Of a DNA stretch of 64,000 nucleotides, positions 1 to 13,545 are shown in pieces; position 1 is the stretch's first letter; each line of letters begins with the position of its first letter. The stretch covers positions 13,206,001 to 13,270,000 of the forward strand of contig NC_092349.1 of assembly GCF_963676685.1 (NCBI RefSeq), in the 5' to 3' direction. The notes under the pieces are model-generated. The model was given only the letters and a program-made list of their open reading frames with translations, searched no databases and was not told where the DNA came from. Source of the stretch: Mytilus edulis. Its lineage: Eukaryota. Made by a program: the position numbers and the translations under genes.

Positions 1-1574
1 TAATGGGGTCATTTAGCACCTGAAGTTGCAGCTTATTTACGTATCATTGCTGTCTAATGCTACCAATAAAGGTAAATCCGAATCGGGCGAACGAAAGTTT
101 TTAAGTGTTTCTTTCATGGGTTCCTTTTAGTGTCGTATGAAATTATCCCAAAAAAGGTAGGTTATGTTCTGTATGTTAACCGGTTCATGGTTCAACTAAA
201 AATTCTCAGACTTTATCAAATCGTTGGCGTAAATTTGAAAGCATTGTAAAGAAATATGAAAATGCTTTTTAGATTTGAGGCAAAAAGAAGAATGATTTCA
301 TTAATGAATGTATGACAATAAATAGTATAATGTGTTGATGTGAGACGGGTAAAACCGAACGACAATACTGCATTTAGAATACATTACGACGTAAGTTTTC
401 GACAACGAATGGCAGTAATATCTCAAGCATATCAAGCATTGTTTTTTTGTGTTACAGCTTAATAATAAGCTTATTGACCATAACTTATGATTCACACCCC
501 CCAATATTCAATATCGTAAACCAGAGAAAAGTCAAATAACATATAGTTCAAATATAAATAAAGTTCCATCACCCATTGAAATGCATAAATGTATCTACAT
601 GTATATTCATAGAGTTGATATTTGGTATTTTATATGGCATAGGAATCGTATGGCGTACGATGCATGCAATTCTGAACATGCTTAAACTGTCAATTTACCT
701 GATCAGAAACGGTGTACGGTTTACAAATATATGGTATCTGAGAAATAACATGCATTTATTTGAATATTTCTTACAGCAGTGTTACCTTAGAATGTCTATG
801 AACTACGGTGAAAATATCTATCACATAGAGTTGGTATTGTTATAGTAATGCAGCGGTCATTATCTTAAGATATGGTGATACATGAAACACTTAGATTTTT
901 TTTAAAGTTTTTTTTCAGGATATCAAAAGTAAATACTTACATTGACATACTGGTCCCATCCAGGGCCACACACAATTGCACGATGCTAGTCCAACAGGAT
1001 TCAATGTACAACTTCCTTCGTTTTTACAAGGATTGTAAGTACACCCATCCATTACGAATAAATAGACATATAGAAACATCTAAGCCACACTAAGGAAAAT
1101 TACTTATTTTGCCTTATGATCATCCAGTTAACATTTATTATAAACAAACATATTTGAACACCTAAAAATAACTTCACAATAACTTTTCCGATTCATCCTA
1201 TAACTTCAATTGTTTAATAGTTTAATAGAAAAACCTATATAGTGTAGTTTTAGTCCCTTCGCAAATTTATAGTCATTAACTTTGTCTCTAATTAAACTAT
1301 TTGTAATTTTGCCTACAGATGTCATCATGTAATAGACAACTAAAACATATGTAACAAAAACAAGGTTTTCAGTCTTTCGTCAAAGGAAAACCTATTGATA
1401 AGAAATGTCTATTTTAGGTCTTTTTTCAACCAATCCCATATCTTGAAAATAGAGCGAAACATTGTTGTTTTTCTAGGTACATCCTATACTACCCCTCATC
1501 TAACTCATTAGTAACGACATCTCAATTGTCCAACTGTTGATTAAAAAATCGAGAGTTTTTGACTGAGGAATCAT

Positions 1575-1730
1575 AAGAATTAAACCCCTTTTTCATGAGA
1601 TTATTGGTGTGTAAACCGGGGCGATTGATTTACAATCTGAATTAAAGTCCGAAGATTTCTTTAAAGGTTGTGACGAAGCAACCCTGTTTATACACCAATA
1701 ACCTCTAGAAAAAATATGATTAATCCTAAA
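1575..1730. mobile_element. small degenerate inverted-repeat element (MITE-like)
   Basis: ttattggtgtgtaaac (1601) is inverted against gtttatacaccaataa (1686), with weaker pairing outward. Confidence 0.4.
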
Positions 1731-2088
1731 TAGAGTAGTATTTATTACAATAAAACAAAATTAAGATCGTCACACAGTCATTTTGTTTTATCTCCTTATT
1801 TATTCATACAAATGTTTAAAAAATATATGGTTTTAATAAACTTCGTTTACTGGTCACTTGTCACTGGTCATGACATTGACATCAAACTAGTTATTGTAAA
1901 AAATCATCAGTGATTAATAAAACATATTCCTAGACAGTTTCAACAAACTGATCTGAATTCCAACAGTGATACCATCACCATTCCACAAACGTCGCGATGA
2001 GCAATGTATGTGTATGTAAAACACTATTACAAACAGAAGATAACAATTGAGATAAATAATTGAAAAAAGATACATCTTTTTTATTATA

Positions 2089-4176
2089 CTGTAAACCAAC
2101 TTATTTTCGCGAATACTTTATTTCGCGTTTTACACTTATTTGTCTACTTCGTGTGTCTTTGATATCGCAATTATCTAGTGTATTCACTGTGCTTAAACGG
2201 CTGTGGGTAAGTTTCCCATAGCCCAAGATGGAGCCGCCTTGCGTCGGTTAGATACTTCTCCTCTATAGAATAACAGTACCATGAATGCATCACTTAAACA
2301 ACTGAATTTAAAAGTTGTATTAATCGTGTAGGGAAACCCCTAAACTGGACAGGTGATAAATTCTACAAAATAAACGATCACAGCACGATTTGAAAAAACA
2401 CTTAGGCTGTCCGTAACTTCAAAACAACTTGTCCGTAACTTTTTTCATCATACCAATAGAGATGTCCGTAACTTTCAAAGAATCGACATACGTGGATGTA
2501 ATGTTTAAACTTATGATAGAGATTGCATCGAATACATATTCACAAAACGAAGTAGATGTCAACTATGATATAATTCATTGTATCGATGAAAAACAAAATT
2601 GGGAAAAATATGAAAAAATTAACGATAAATCCGCAAAACTCGGGTCTTATTTTGTATAACGTCGGGGTACCCGAATCGCCTAGTTCGGAGGGTGGTTTCC
2701 GATCATTGCAGATAAACTGTTGAGACATCATTGTTCATTTTTATTTTTAAACAAGTAGACTACACAAGTATTTTTTTACACATACATGTAGCGTGTATAC
2801 ACTTATTGATTTTCTGCCAGCAACGGCAAGGGTAGCGTGAATCCGGGATTTTGGAGGGGAACCCAAATTGCCCAGGCAGTGGATAGGCTATACGAGACTT
2901 CAGTGCACCAACTTCTTTCCGTCTTTATGAAAAAGCCAAAAAAAACTTTTCTCTCATCCCCACAAAAAAAAATTCATCAGCATTGACAGTAAAATAAAAG
3001 GGGTGTCAATCTGGGCACACTGGGACGTTTCGTTCGATATTGCGACACGCTGGCCAAGATTTGCAGTAAATGGGAAAACTTGAAGAAAGGACATTTTGTA
3101 TATATGAATAAACCTAGTTTTACAGCTAGCTGCATATTTCATTTGTATGCAAGTTGCATTAAATCTCATTAAACTGAATAAAACTAAAAGACACAATAGG
3201 TAAAAGTCAGTGACAATAAAAGGAATAGAGCAGTCAACATAGTGTGACAATTAGACATAGTATATAAAAATATAAAAAACTACGTAAGACAACAGGGTAA
3301 TTTAATAGTAAAACCCCTGATAACATACAAAGAGAGAATAAAAACATACTAAAAAACATATTCAAAAAATCATAACACTATAACTAACTGGTGGGATGTA
3401 TAAATACCGAGCTGCGTCGAAGAGTATTCATCAAAATACACATAAAAAAGAAACAGAGGTGAAGGTAAACCGCAAACAGATAATTAAGCTCAAACATTAA
3501 AGAGTATGAAAAAGCCATGGTCTGAAGCGAAAAACGTCGATAGGACACACAGTAGTTAGTTAATAAATGTTAAAACAATAACCAGGATCGAGTACCACAA
3601 ACCCCACATACAACTTCCGTTGTGTAAGTATGATGCGTTAATAAAATCACATTTGTAGGTGAATGAGCAGTATAAACGGCCGTGTAGGTTACAAATAAGG
3701 GGTTTTATGATGTAAATTGTCTTTTAATTGTTGAAATTATAAATGTTAAAATTTTGAATCAAAAGTTACCCACATCAGAAGATGAAGTTACGGGCGTCTG
3801 CTTAGTTTCGATCAAAAAGTTACGGACGTCTTATGCTTTTTTTAAGTTGACCTTGCGCTTTAGTGAAATCTAAATTAATAAACTTGTGGTAATTGTTAGT
3901 GATTTCTTTATTCAAGAATCCTATAAATATTTACATTCTGCATGAAAAACGTTGCAAAAGGTAGATTTTGTATGCATTAAATATCAACGAGTTCAGAGTC
4001 CGCCATCTTGGGCTGTGGGTAACTTAAGTTACCCACAGCCGTTTAAGCACAGTGTGTATTGATGTAGTTTAATATTAAAAGTTTTTATATTCGCGACGAT
4101 TTATATTTACGTTATATTTTTCTACTCGTGAAAGTCGCGAAAAATAAATTACTCGCAAAAATAGGTTGGTTTATAG
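2089..4176. mobile_element. TA-flanked MITE (TIR ctgtaaaccaacttattttcgcga) interrupted by the 2185-4054 element
   Basis: ta|ctgtaaaccaacttattttcgcga ... tcgcaaaaataggttggtttatag|ta. About 210 bp once the nested insertion is removed. Confidence 0.7.
2185..4054. mobile_element. non-autonomous DNA transposon, CACTG-ended (CMC/CACTA-like), 1.87 kb
   Basis: Perfect 26-bp TIR cactgtgcttaaacggctgtgggtaa. Direct flank tgtatt at 2179-2184 and 4055-4060. Subterminal repeats tgtccgtaactt at 2408/2430/2463, with inverted copies at 3785/3818. No transposase ORF. Confidence 0.85.
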
Positions 4177-4504
4177 TATTTGAATAAAAATACATGCATA
4201 TATAACGTCATTGGTGGACACCTATTATTTTGCAAAACTGTTGTGATGAATGAATTAATAATATAAGATTGAACACATATAATAGCAACTACTTGTAAAA
4301 CTGCAAAATTACTTATTACATATATTTATTGATTTGTATTAGAATTACTAAAATCAAACTTTTAAAATCTTATTTCAATGGTGAAATTGATCAAAGTTAT
4401 ATTGTGAAAGGTTTTTACTGCATTTATTTAATTCTTATTTTAATATGAGTTAAATTTCTCGACTTTATGACTGCTTACCTGTCATTACTAATAAAAGTTA
4501 TTTT

Positions 4505-4713
4505 CTGTAAATTCAGAAACTATTGCGATGCTGTTATTATTGCGAAAAACTGCGACAGGGTTATAATCGAAATAATTTAAACTCACATTTTAAAACTTTT
4601 GTTATATGATTTAAACAGGACTTTTCGAAATATCGCAAAAATTAAAATCGCATTTTAGTCTAAAATGACATAATCGCAATAGTAAATGCACACAATAATA
4701 TCTGAATTTACAG
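4505..4713. mobile_element. MITE (ctgtaaattcaga TIR family)
   Basis: ctgtaaattcagaaactattgcg ... cacaataatatctgaatttacag|ta, plus internal ttgcga/tcgcaa repeats. Confidence 0.7.
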
Positions 4714-5793
4714 TATTCAAAATCACACCTAATTTGTCGCATTGATCTCCTATATATCCTTCATCACAACAACAACTGAACTTCCATCACTTTTGATTGA
4801 ACACGTGCTTTTTGCAGGACAGGGTTTTGGATCTTTTTCACATGGGTCATCTCTGAAAAAAGAAATACACTGTACGATATATATATATATAATATCAAAT
4901 GTTTTTATTATTTGCTATTCACGTATACTATTTTTGCTGTCTGTAAATCTCAATTTAAATAATTAACCTTATTAGAGTAAGTTTGTTTTTATTTAACGGC
5001 AAAATTGACTTTTTCAAATCTTATAATGCCCTGAATATGCATGGAACATTTGCTGCTGGACTTTAATGATGCAACACTAAATTAATCTCTTAGACACATG
5101 TTAAATAATTAAAGTGTTCGACAATCTCAAAAAATAAGAAGCGAGCATACATAATGTTGGAAAAAAACCCATTCGAATTTGAAAGGACGATATTATTTTA
5201 TTGTGTGTACGATAAATTACAAAAGAATCAATATCATGTTATTTATTTTAATGTTTTTTAACATAGAATAATAATCATATCCAGGAATAAAATAAGTGCC
5301 AAAAAATTAGAGAACTAAAAGGTAACTAAAAGTAGGTAGGTTAAAATAATCTGTAATTAGCATACCGTCACAATGGTCACCAGTCCAGTCGCCCATGCAA
5401 TTACATTGTGGGGTCAAATCTAAAAGATTGGCTAGTTCACAAGTACCTTCATGTGCACAGTAAATATTAAAACATGGATCTGAAAAGAATAAAAATGTGC
5501 AAATATAAATAAATTAATGCCTTCACAGTTTTTATCATGAATAATCTAATCATAGATACAAGGATTAAAACTGTGTACGACGCACGCTAGACTGGTTTCT
5601 TTAATTATAGTCTTTATAACGAGTTAAATATCACTTGATTTTAAAGAGATATTTAATTTTAATATAATAGTAAAAAGTAAAATCACTAAAATACCGAACT
5701 CAGGGGAAAATCCAATCGGAAATGAGCCTTCTGGAGGTATATTATTACTATTCACATAAATAGTTATCAAAGGTACCAGGATTATAATACTGT

Positions 5794-5837
5794 ACGCCAG
5801 ACGCGCGTTTCTTCTACATAAGACTCATCAGTGACGC
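5794..5837 (-). ncRNA. minimal type I hammerhead ribozyme motif in a retrozyme-like repeat (5757-5886)
   Basis: Minus strand reads gcgtca CTGATGA gtct-tatgt-agaa GAA acgcgcgt C tggcgt: stem I, core, palindromic stem III and GUC triplet. One lesion (C11.1->A). Confidence 0.8.
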
Positions 5838-6844
5838 TCATTTTAAAATATTTAAAAAGCCAAACAATTACAAAGTTGAAGAGCAATGTAGCGAGAGTTG
5901 GTATTATCCTGTTCTCAAGAGTCATAAACGGACAGAGTGATACGGGTATGGTATTTTCACACGAGAAATGGATCCCAGGCCACCACCATACGATAATTAG
6001 CTTTTACGTTTTCTAGCTCAGGAACAATTGATCAGCTATTCCTGAAGATATATTTGCCTTTTTTTTAAACATTGTTTGAAATGTTCTTTTTCTGAATTCC
6101 ACATTAAAAGCTAACATGTTCATTTTGGTAATAGCGACAGGTTTTCCCTGTTTTTATTCCGACATTGACTCTTACCATAAATTTTTATATATTACAGCAA
6201 GACTGAAAAGTTCTGAAACATACATTTGTTACGGAAACTTTGATTTTCAGGATGAGGACATTAATATGATATATTTGAGTAAATTGTAAAACTTTCAAAC
6301 TTACGTGGTATACATTTGTAACTATACCACAGTTGAATATTATTGCCGGATTTTGACCCTGACCTTGCTAAAAGCTCTTCCTCGTTTATACAATCGTCTT
6401 CATTAAAAAGATCACTGACTGTAAATTCACATGTTTGTTTTCCATTACATGCACCCTCAACTTTCGCTTAGGATTGTGGGTCGCTGAATTGATCTTTTTA
6501 GTTTTGCCACCTTTACGGTCTTTACCGCCTTTTTTCGGTTTGTGGTTTTTGCTGAACTACCATAGTTTGCGTTTTCCACACTGATTACCTCCCCTTCGTC
6601 GCAATTTATTGTCACTACATCATCATCGTCAAATACGTCATTCTCTGAAAATAATTATGATAATAAAGCTTGTCGTATTATTTTCTTTAAACAACAACGG
6701 TAATAAAACAACCCCAGGTAACTATTTGGTTTGCATTATATTATCTGTTATTCTAGCTACTTGATAAGCAGGTTTGTGTATACAATTGTTAAAATCAGAA
6801 AATTCAATGAAATCACATTTGTTATTTTTTGTGACTTTTGTAAT

Positions 6845-7640
6845 ATTGAGAACGGAAATGGGGAATGTGCCAACAGATAACAATCCGACTAAAATAAAAC
6901 CAGCCGAAGGCCACAAATGACTCTTCAACACAAGGAAAAAAAACCAAATCAGGAGGAGGGCACCAGCTGAATATTAAACAACCTATGTACTAGTTCAATG
7001 ACAATGGGTCCCGGACATTACACCAAACTCTAGAGCATATAGATGAACTAAAGGAGTAGGTTCAGTACATGTAAGACCCCTTTTTGGCCCCAGGTTTACT
7101 AAATTGTTAAAGTGTATACTTTTAGTTATTCATTGGACAGTGGAATTCTTCTGCTAAATAAACATGAGCTGTGTTTGACAATACAATGCACATATACATA
7201 TATCGGGTACTAGCATCATTAGTTCATGAAATCTTCACAATTTTAGCATTTTAGTTTAAAACGGTTTCCGTCTTAAATGAAAGTGGCCGCATTCGTGTTC
7301 ATTCGTAATATTGAAATGTAAGTTGTATTTTATGATAATACATAACATATATAAAGATTGAGGATGAACACGGATGCGGCCACATTAATTTTTGACAAAA
7401 ACCATCTGAAAAGTGACAATGTTTGGTATATTTGATAGATTTTTCATATTTAAGCTAGAATGGGGCGTTTTTAATGAGTAAATCAGTTAAAATCTTTTAC
7501 ATATACTTATTGAATGAACTACAATAGACACTTAAGTGTTTAAAAACCATCTAAAATCTTTCGTCAGATGAATTTGAAATTTGAGGCCGAAATCGACCAT
7601 TACTTTACTCCTTTAAAAACAAACAAGACTAACAAGGTTG
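6845..7640 (-). repeat. dispersed repeat (ttgagaatggaaatgggg family) split by a TTAA-type MITE
   Basis: Homologous to 15793-16114 and 29575-29693; homology resumes after the 7052-7612 insertion. Confidence 0.65.
7052..7612. mobile_element. Kolobok-like (TTAA-target) MITE
   Basis: ctaa|aggagta ... tactcct|ttaa. Internal inverted repeat gtggccgcattcgtgttca / tgaacacggatgcggccac. Confidence 0.65.
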
Positions 7641-7727
7641 TTATTGGTTATTGGTTTGTTCATGTATAAAGGCCGTTCTGTGATTGTTCTGTGACGTTAT
7701 TAGTTTCTTTCTAATGAAGATTTGGCT

Positions 7728-8310
7728 AAATAAAGGCAAAAATAGTATACTGTTGTTCAAAACTCATAAATCGATAGAAAAATACAACAAATCCGGGTCA
7801 CAAACCAAGACCGAGGGAAACGCATTAAATATAAAACAATGACGACACAACATTAAAACGTAACACACACAGAAACGAAATAAGCATTAGACAAAATCCG
7901 ATGAAAATAACAAATATAACATCAAAACCAAATACATGAATTTGGGATAGAAAAGTACCGTGACACGTCTTATAATAATGTGAATTCACACTCAAATATA
8001 AGAGGAAACAAACGACACAAAAGAAACACAACGTTAAAATGTAACACACACAGAAACTAACTATAATATAACAATGACCAAATTCCTAACTTGGTACAGG
8101 ACATTTTTTAAAGAAAAAATGGTGGGTTGAACCTGGTTTTGTGGCGTGCCAAACCTCCCTCTTTTATGGCCATGTTAAATATAACATTAAAATGACAACA
8201 CAATATTATAGGACTACAATACACATAAATAGGAGAACACAATTGACAAAGAAACACACGAATAATAGCCAACAAAAAGCTCCAGGTTTAAAATTTAATA
8301 CACTAAAAGT
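7728..8310 (-). mobile_element. 5'-truncated Penelope-like element 3' UTR (contains twister-like motif 8073-8173)
   Basis: Collinear with the 3' UTRs at 33700-34250 and 47426-47990. Ends in the aacag..gtatac..ctgtt hairpin + gcctttattt. Confidence 0.8.
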
Positions 8311-9477
8311 GCGTTTTAGTCCGGCCGATCGGTGAAAATAATGATACTTAAACTATTCATCATTTGAATGTTCTAAAGTTTATATTTTCAGGTCGGAGCT
8401 GTTTGTTCACCAGAATTTACCATATCTACAAAAGACCACATGTACATTATACAAATTAAATATTTCGCATCTGTTCAATCAATTTGGGAGTACATGCAGG
8501 ATGGCATTTAATTCCTCATATTCCACTTTTCAAGAAAATAATACTATAATTTCAGTCTTATAACAGTATAAATATTCCTCATTCCTGTACAGAATTTGTA
8601 ACTGCCTCTAACATGTGTCTAGGAATTGATCATCACCCGTACATGCATGCAACAATCTCCTGATGAGGGAAATACGTTTCCCAACACCACAAAGTTATAT
8701 ACTTTTGTTAAATCGTATCAAAATGTTCAATTATGTATAAAATTATACAGCAGAAGTTCATTTTTCCATCAATACATTACAACCTTTATCGGTTTTTAAA
8801 TTGAAGAGCATCACTTTTGGTATGTCTAAACACAAAAAAATTGAAAATAAACTGCAGACAGTTTACTGCATTAAAACATTTACATATCAACAGACACCAT
8901 GTTATTATCATTTCTTGCTGTATTCATGGTCATCTTTTAGAATATATATTAATTGTTATATTGTAGGCTGATTTTGTCTAGAAATTAATACCTGTATTTC
9001 ACAATATAAGCAGTCAAATTTACTGTAAAATCAAAATCAATTTTTTAAACATAATAACCCGATATGACTCTTAAAAATGTCATTTCCCAACAAAACAAGG
9101 TGCAAACAATGCAAAAAGACCTTTTTCAAAAAAAAATCTTGTTGAAAAAGATATCCAAGTTCTGCCTGGTTTTCCCTGGCATTGCCTCTTAAATAATTAT
9201 AAGTAGTCATGCAGTCCACCGAAAACTGTTGTGCCTCATGACAAAAGCTCATCATACCAGGCTTGGGCTTGTAGTTAACTGCGCCAGACGCGTGTTTCAT
9301 CTACACATACAAATCAATGACATCAAATCAAAACAGTTAAAGGGCCAATTGAAGTTCAAAATTGAAGAACCTTTAGGACTAAACATTTCGAAAAGTTTAA
9401 CCAAATACAGCTAAGTTGATCTACTTCTGAGGTAAACATCTTTAGTATTTCGAACAAGTTTGGTAAACAGTTTAACA

Positions 9478-12400
9478 ATTTATTAGTGTAATCATATCAA
9501 TGATATTAGTTGTTCATGTCAACACATAAGTGCTGACTTCTGAGCTTGGGGTGACCTTGGTTAAAGAAAGATATCATACAGCAACGCCGTAATATATCAG
9601 AAAGACATGCATAAAACAAACTGTACCGAACAAGAAAAGACATGATAATGTATAATGCATAAAACAAACTGTACCGAACAAGAGAGACATATATGTACTG
9701 CCGAAACTATATATATTAGCAGAGCAATATTTGTCCTTTGATGCCTTGATTGTACAACAGTAAAATTTTAACTGTAAGAGTTCCTGATGACGCTAAATCC
9801 AGAAAAAATACTTCTGACGCAATTTATTCATAACGTATTATTTTCATTTATAACGTGCATGGGTAGATCTGTTAGACCAGAGAGATCGATTTGAAGGACA
9901 TGTCAAGCTTAATAAAGATTTAAAAAAAAAAGCAATATAACTTTTATCCCCTCTCATTTAAACAATATATCCTTCAAAGTAGAAATTGAGTCTTCCATAG
10001 TCTCGGACCACACATCTGTGTCAATAATATATCGGGTTATGTTTTGTGTACTATTGTGTGTCTGTTGGTCGTTTTCTTTTTTAGCCATAGCGTTGTCAGT
10101 TTATGTCCGACTTATGAGTTTGAATGTCCCTTTGGTATCTTTAGTCTCTCTTTTGCAACTACAATTAGCATGTTTTTTATCCAGAAATGCAAATAATCAA
10201 TACAAAAGGTAAAACAAATAAAAACAAATTAATCCTATCATTTTACTAATTTTAAGTAAAGAAAAAATCAATTGATTTAATCAATGAAAAAAAATAAGAT
10301 TAAAAGGGTGCTTCTAATTCAGGTGATATTTCAAAGTAAAATGTCAAAGTGAAACTGAAAACTCCAAAATACTATATAGAACACGAAAAAGTATCTTCTT
10401 TATTCTATTAAAGAAGTGTCTCTCCGGTCAGTCTTTTCCATATAAATTCTTACACAATATTTTCAATTGATGAACTTTGTCTTGTGTCCATTGCCGTAGC
10501 TTTTTATAATAAATTTAGTAATACCACATCAAAATTGACAGAGTAAAACATGTTTCCTTTTTTCATATTCCACTTTTATATCAAATATATTGCAACGTTT
10601 ATCTTGACTCTACTTTCACTTGACTTTTATCACACTTCATTTTAAATGTTGTAAACATTCAGTGTATGATAGTATTCGATTATTTCGGGTGAGTCGTCAA
10701 CTTTGTTTGTGTGTTATTCATACAACAAAATTAAATGTACTTAAAATATTAAAAACCGCTATATAAATCGTACATTTTTATAGAAAAAATTTTAAATCAC
10801 AAAATCTACCTACACTGGTGATTGAACTGATGCAATGAATCTCCAAAACATATTTTCTCAAGCTTATTATATTAAGGAGGGCAACTTTTGTTTGAATAAA
10901 TATTGTCGTTGCTTTTTATAATAGTGTTCTTTGTTCGAAAGCCTGCTTGTGTTTTTTGTCGAATGTTCATTATATTGTCTGTTTACATCACGATAAAATT
11001 TTAATATCCCCTTGGTACTTCCCACACGTTAAAACGGAAAAAGGAAAGTATATTTCAAAAAGACATCGTATTTGATTTGTTTTTCTACTTAGGACAATGA
11101 GAACAAATATTTTCATTTTATTTATTAGTTTAACCATATCAATGATATTAGTAGTTCATGTCAACACACTAGTGCTGACTTCTGAGCTTGGGGTGACCTT
11201 GGCTAAAGAAAGATATCATACAGCAACGCCGTAATAGATCAGAAAGACATGATAATGTATAATGTCTAAAACAAACTGTACCGAACAAGAGAGACATCTA
11301 TGTACTGCCGAAACTATATATATAAGCAGAGCAATATTTGTCCCTTGATGCCTTGATTGTACAACAGTAAAATTTTAACTGTAAGAGTTCCTGATGACGC
11401 TAAATTCAGAAAAAATACTTCTGACGCAATTTATTCATAACGTATTATTTTCATTTATAACGTGCATGGGTAGATCTGTTAGACCAAAGAGATCGATTTG
11501 AAGGACATGTCGAGCTTAATAAAGACTAAAAAAATGCAATATAACTTTTATCCCCTCTCATTTAAACAATATATCATTCAAAGTAGAAATTGAGTCTTCC
11601 ATAGTCTCGGACCACACATCTGTGTCAATAATATATCGGGTTATGTTTTGTGTACTATTGTTTGTCTGTTGGTCTTTTTCTTTTTTAGCCATATCGTTGT
11701 CAGTTTATGTCCGACTTATGAGTTTGAATGTCCCTTTGGTATCTTTCGTCTCTCTTTTGCAACTACAATTAGCATGTTTTTATCCAGAAATGTAAATAAT
11801 CAATACAAAAAGGTAAAACAAATAAAAACAAATTAATCCTATCATTTTCCTAATTTTAAGTAAAGACAAAATCAATTTATTTAAAGTGAAAAAAAGGTTA
11901 AAAAGGTGCTTCTAATCCGGGGGATATTTCAAAGTAAAATGTCAAAGTGAAACTGAAAACTCCAAAATACTATATAGTATCTTCTTTTTTCTATTAAAGA
12001 AGTGTCTCTCCGGTCAGTCTTTTCCATATAAATTCTTACACAATATTTTCAATTAATGAATTTTATCGTGTGTCCATTGCCGTAGCTTTTTATAAAAATT
12101 TTAGTAATACCACACCAACATTGACAGAGTAAAACATGTTTCCTTTTTTCATATTCCACTTTTATATCAAATATATTGCAACGTTTATCTTGACTCTACT
12201 TTCACTTGACTTTTATCACACTTCATTTTAAATGTTGTAAACATTCAGTGTATGATAGTATTCGATTATTTCGGGTGAGTCGTCAACTTTGTTTGTGTGT
12301 TATTCATACAACAAAATTAAATGTACTTAAAATATTAAAAACCGTCATATAAATCGTACATTTTTATAGAAAGAATTTAAATCACAAAATCTACCTACAC

Positions 12401-12705
12401 TGGTGATTGAACTGATGCAATGAATCTCCAAAACATATTTTCTCAAGCTTATTATATTAAGGAGGGTAACTTTTGTTTGAATAAATATTGTCGTTGCTTT
12501 TTATAATAGTGTTCTTTGTTCGAAAGCCTTCTTGTGTTTTTTTGTCGAATGTTCATTATATTGTCTGTTTACGCCAAGATAAAACTTTAATATCCCCTTG
12601 GTATTTCCCACACGTTAAAACGGAAAAAGGAAAGTATATTTCAAAGAGACATCGTATTTGATTTGTTTTTCTACTTAGTACAATTAGAACAAATATTTTC
12701 ATTTC
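9478..12705. repeat. recent tandem duplication, about 1.6-kb unit (9478-11118 and 11120-12705)
   Basis: Near-identical over the whole length; both copies start atttattagt..catatcaatgatattagt and end gaacaaatattttcattt. Each carries a degenerate hammerhead (9778-9820, 11385-11427). Confidence 0.95.
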
Positions 12706-13545
12706 CAAGGTATAGAAAATGTTAACGTAAATAATGGCAGATGCCTTGAAATGTTTTGAATGTATGATATCTTTGATCACTAACATTGTGCTTTATCTGC
12801 GTATTGGTTTTTTTAACTGTCATTTGTCTATTCGTCATTGTTCATTTTGTTGATAAAGTTGTCTAATAACATCGAGATAAAGTTTTTTTTATTGTCCTAT
12901 AGTATTTTCATAATGGAAAGAGAGAAGCACATTTACGGTCCTTGTACATCCTTGGCTGCCAAATATTCGGCTTTGAGCGTTTCTGGTGAAGGTAAATCCA
13001 TTGTCATCGTCAAATAATATTTCTGTAGAATAATTCTAAAGTTGCAATACATAGGAAACGCATAGTCATCAGTACCAAATACAACGGTCCAAACTCCAAA
13101 TAAAGATAAAGGGAAAAATACAGTTCATGGTACACGAAAATATCACACTTGAGCACATAGAACTCATGTAAACATCAGAAATAAAAAAAGGTGCTCAGGA
13201 TTATTGAGCAGTTCCTGTTCATGATATAACATCTATTGTGGAAATATGCATATGGTACAATTAATATCGTATCATTAATGCTAGTACATGGTTAGTCAGA
13301 AACCTGTTGTTCAGTGGTTTTCGTTTGTTAATGTGGTTCTCAAGTGTTTCTCGTTTCTTGTATAGATTAGACCGTTGGTTTTCCTGTTTGAATTGTTTTA
13401 CACGAGTCATTTTGGGGCCCTTTATAGCTTGCTGTTCGGTGTGAGCCAAGGCTCCGGGTTGAAGGCCGTACTTTGATCTACAATTGTTTACTTTTTACAC
13501 ATTTTGACTTAGATGGAGAGATGTCTCATTGGCACTCAAACCACA

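Larger units (their letters stand above)
699..6644 (-). pseudogene. SUEL/RBL lectin + 3xEGF gene, disabled paralog of the 37547-40158 gene (exons 6644-6305, 5479-5366, 4850-4729, 1051-941, probable 737-699)
   Basis: Each exon aligns with a plus-strand paralog exon of the same phase. SUEL exon (ENDVFDDDDVVTINCDEGEVISVENANYG...CNGKQTCEFTVSDLFNEDDCINEE...YKCIP) is 340 bp, with two 1-bp losses in A-runs, an in-frame TAA and a Cys->Phe. EGF1 exon is intact (114 bp, HPCFNIYCAHEGTC...WTGDHCD). EGF2 exon is 122 bp vs 123 (frameshift). EGF3 exon (111 bp, DGCTYNPCKNEGSC...WMGPVCQ) has acceptor AA instead of AG. Confidence 0.85.

Noticed and set aside
2185-4054. RAG-like/Transib transposon with RSS ends
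   Set aside because: The end resembles the heptamer (CACTGTG), but there is no nonamer at 12/23 spacing, the TSD is 6 bp rather than 5, and there is no RAG/Transib coding remnant.
5887-6240. Solo LTR starting TGTAGC
   Set aside because: No matching ..CA terminus with TSD and no second copy in the window.
8899-8940. Hydrophobic mini-ORF MLLSFLAVFMVIF*
   Set aside because: Wrong strand for the adjacent pseudogene, ends in a stop and has no donor site.
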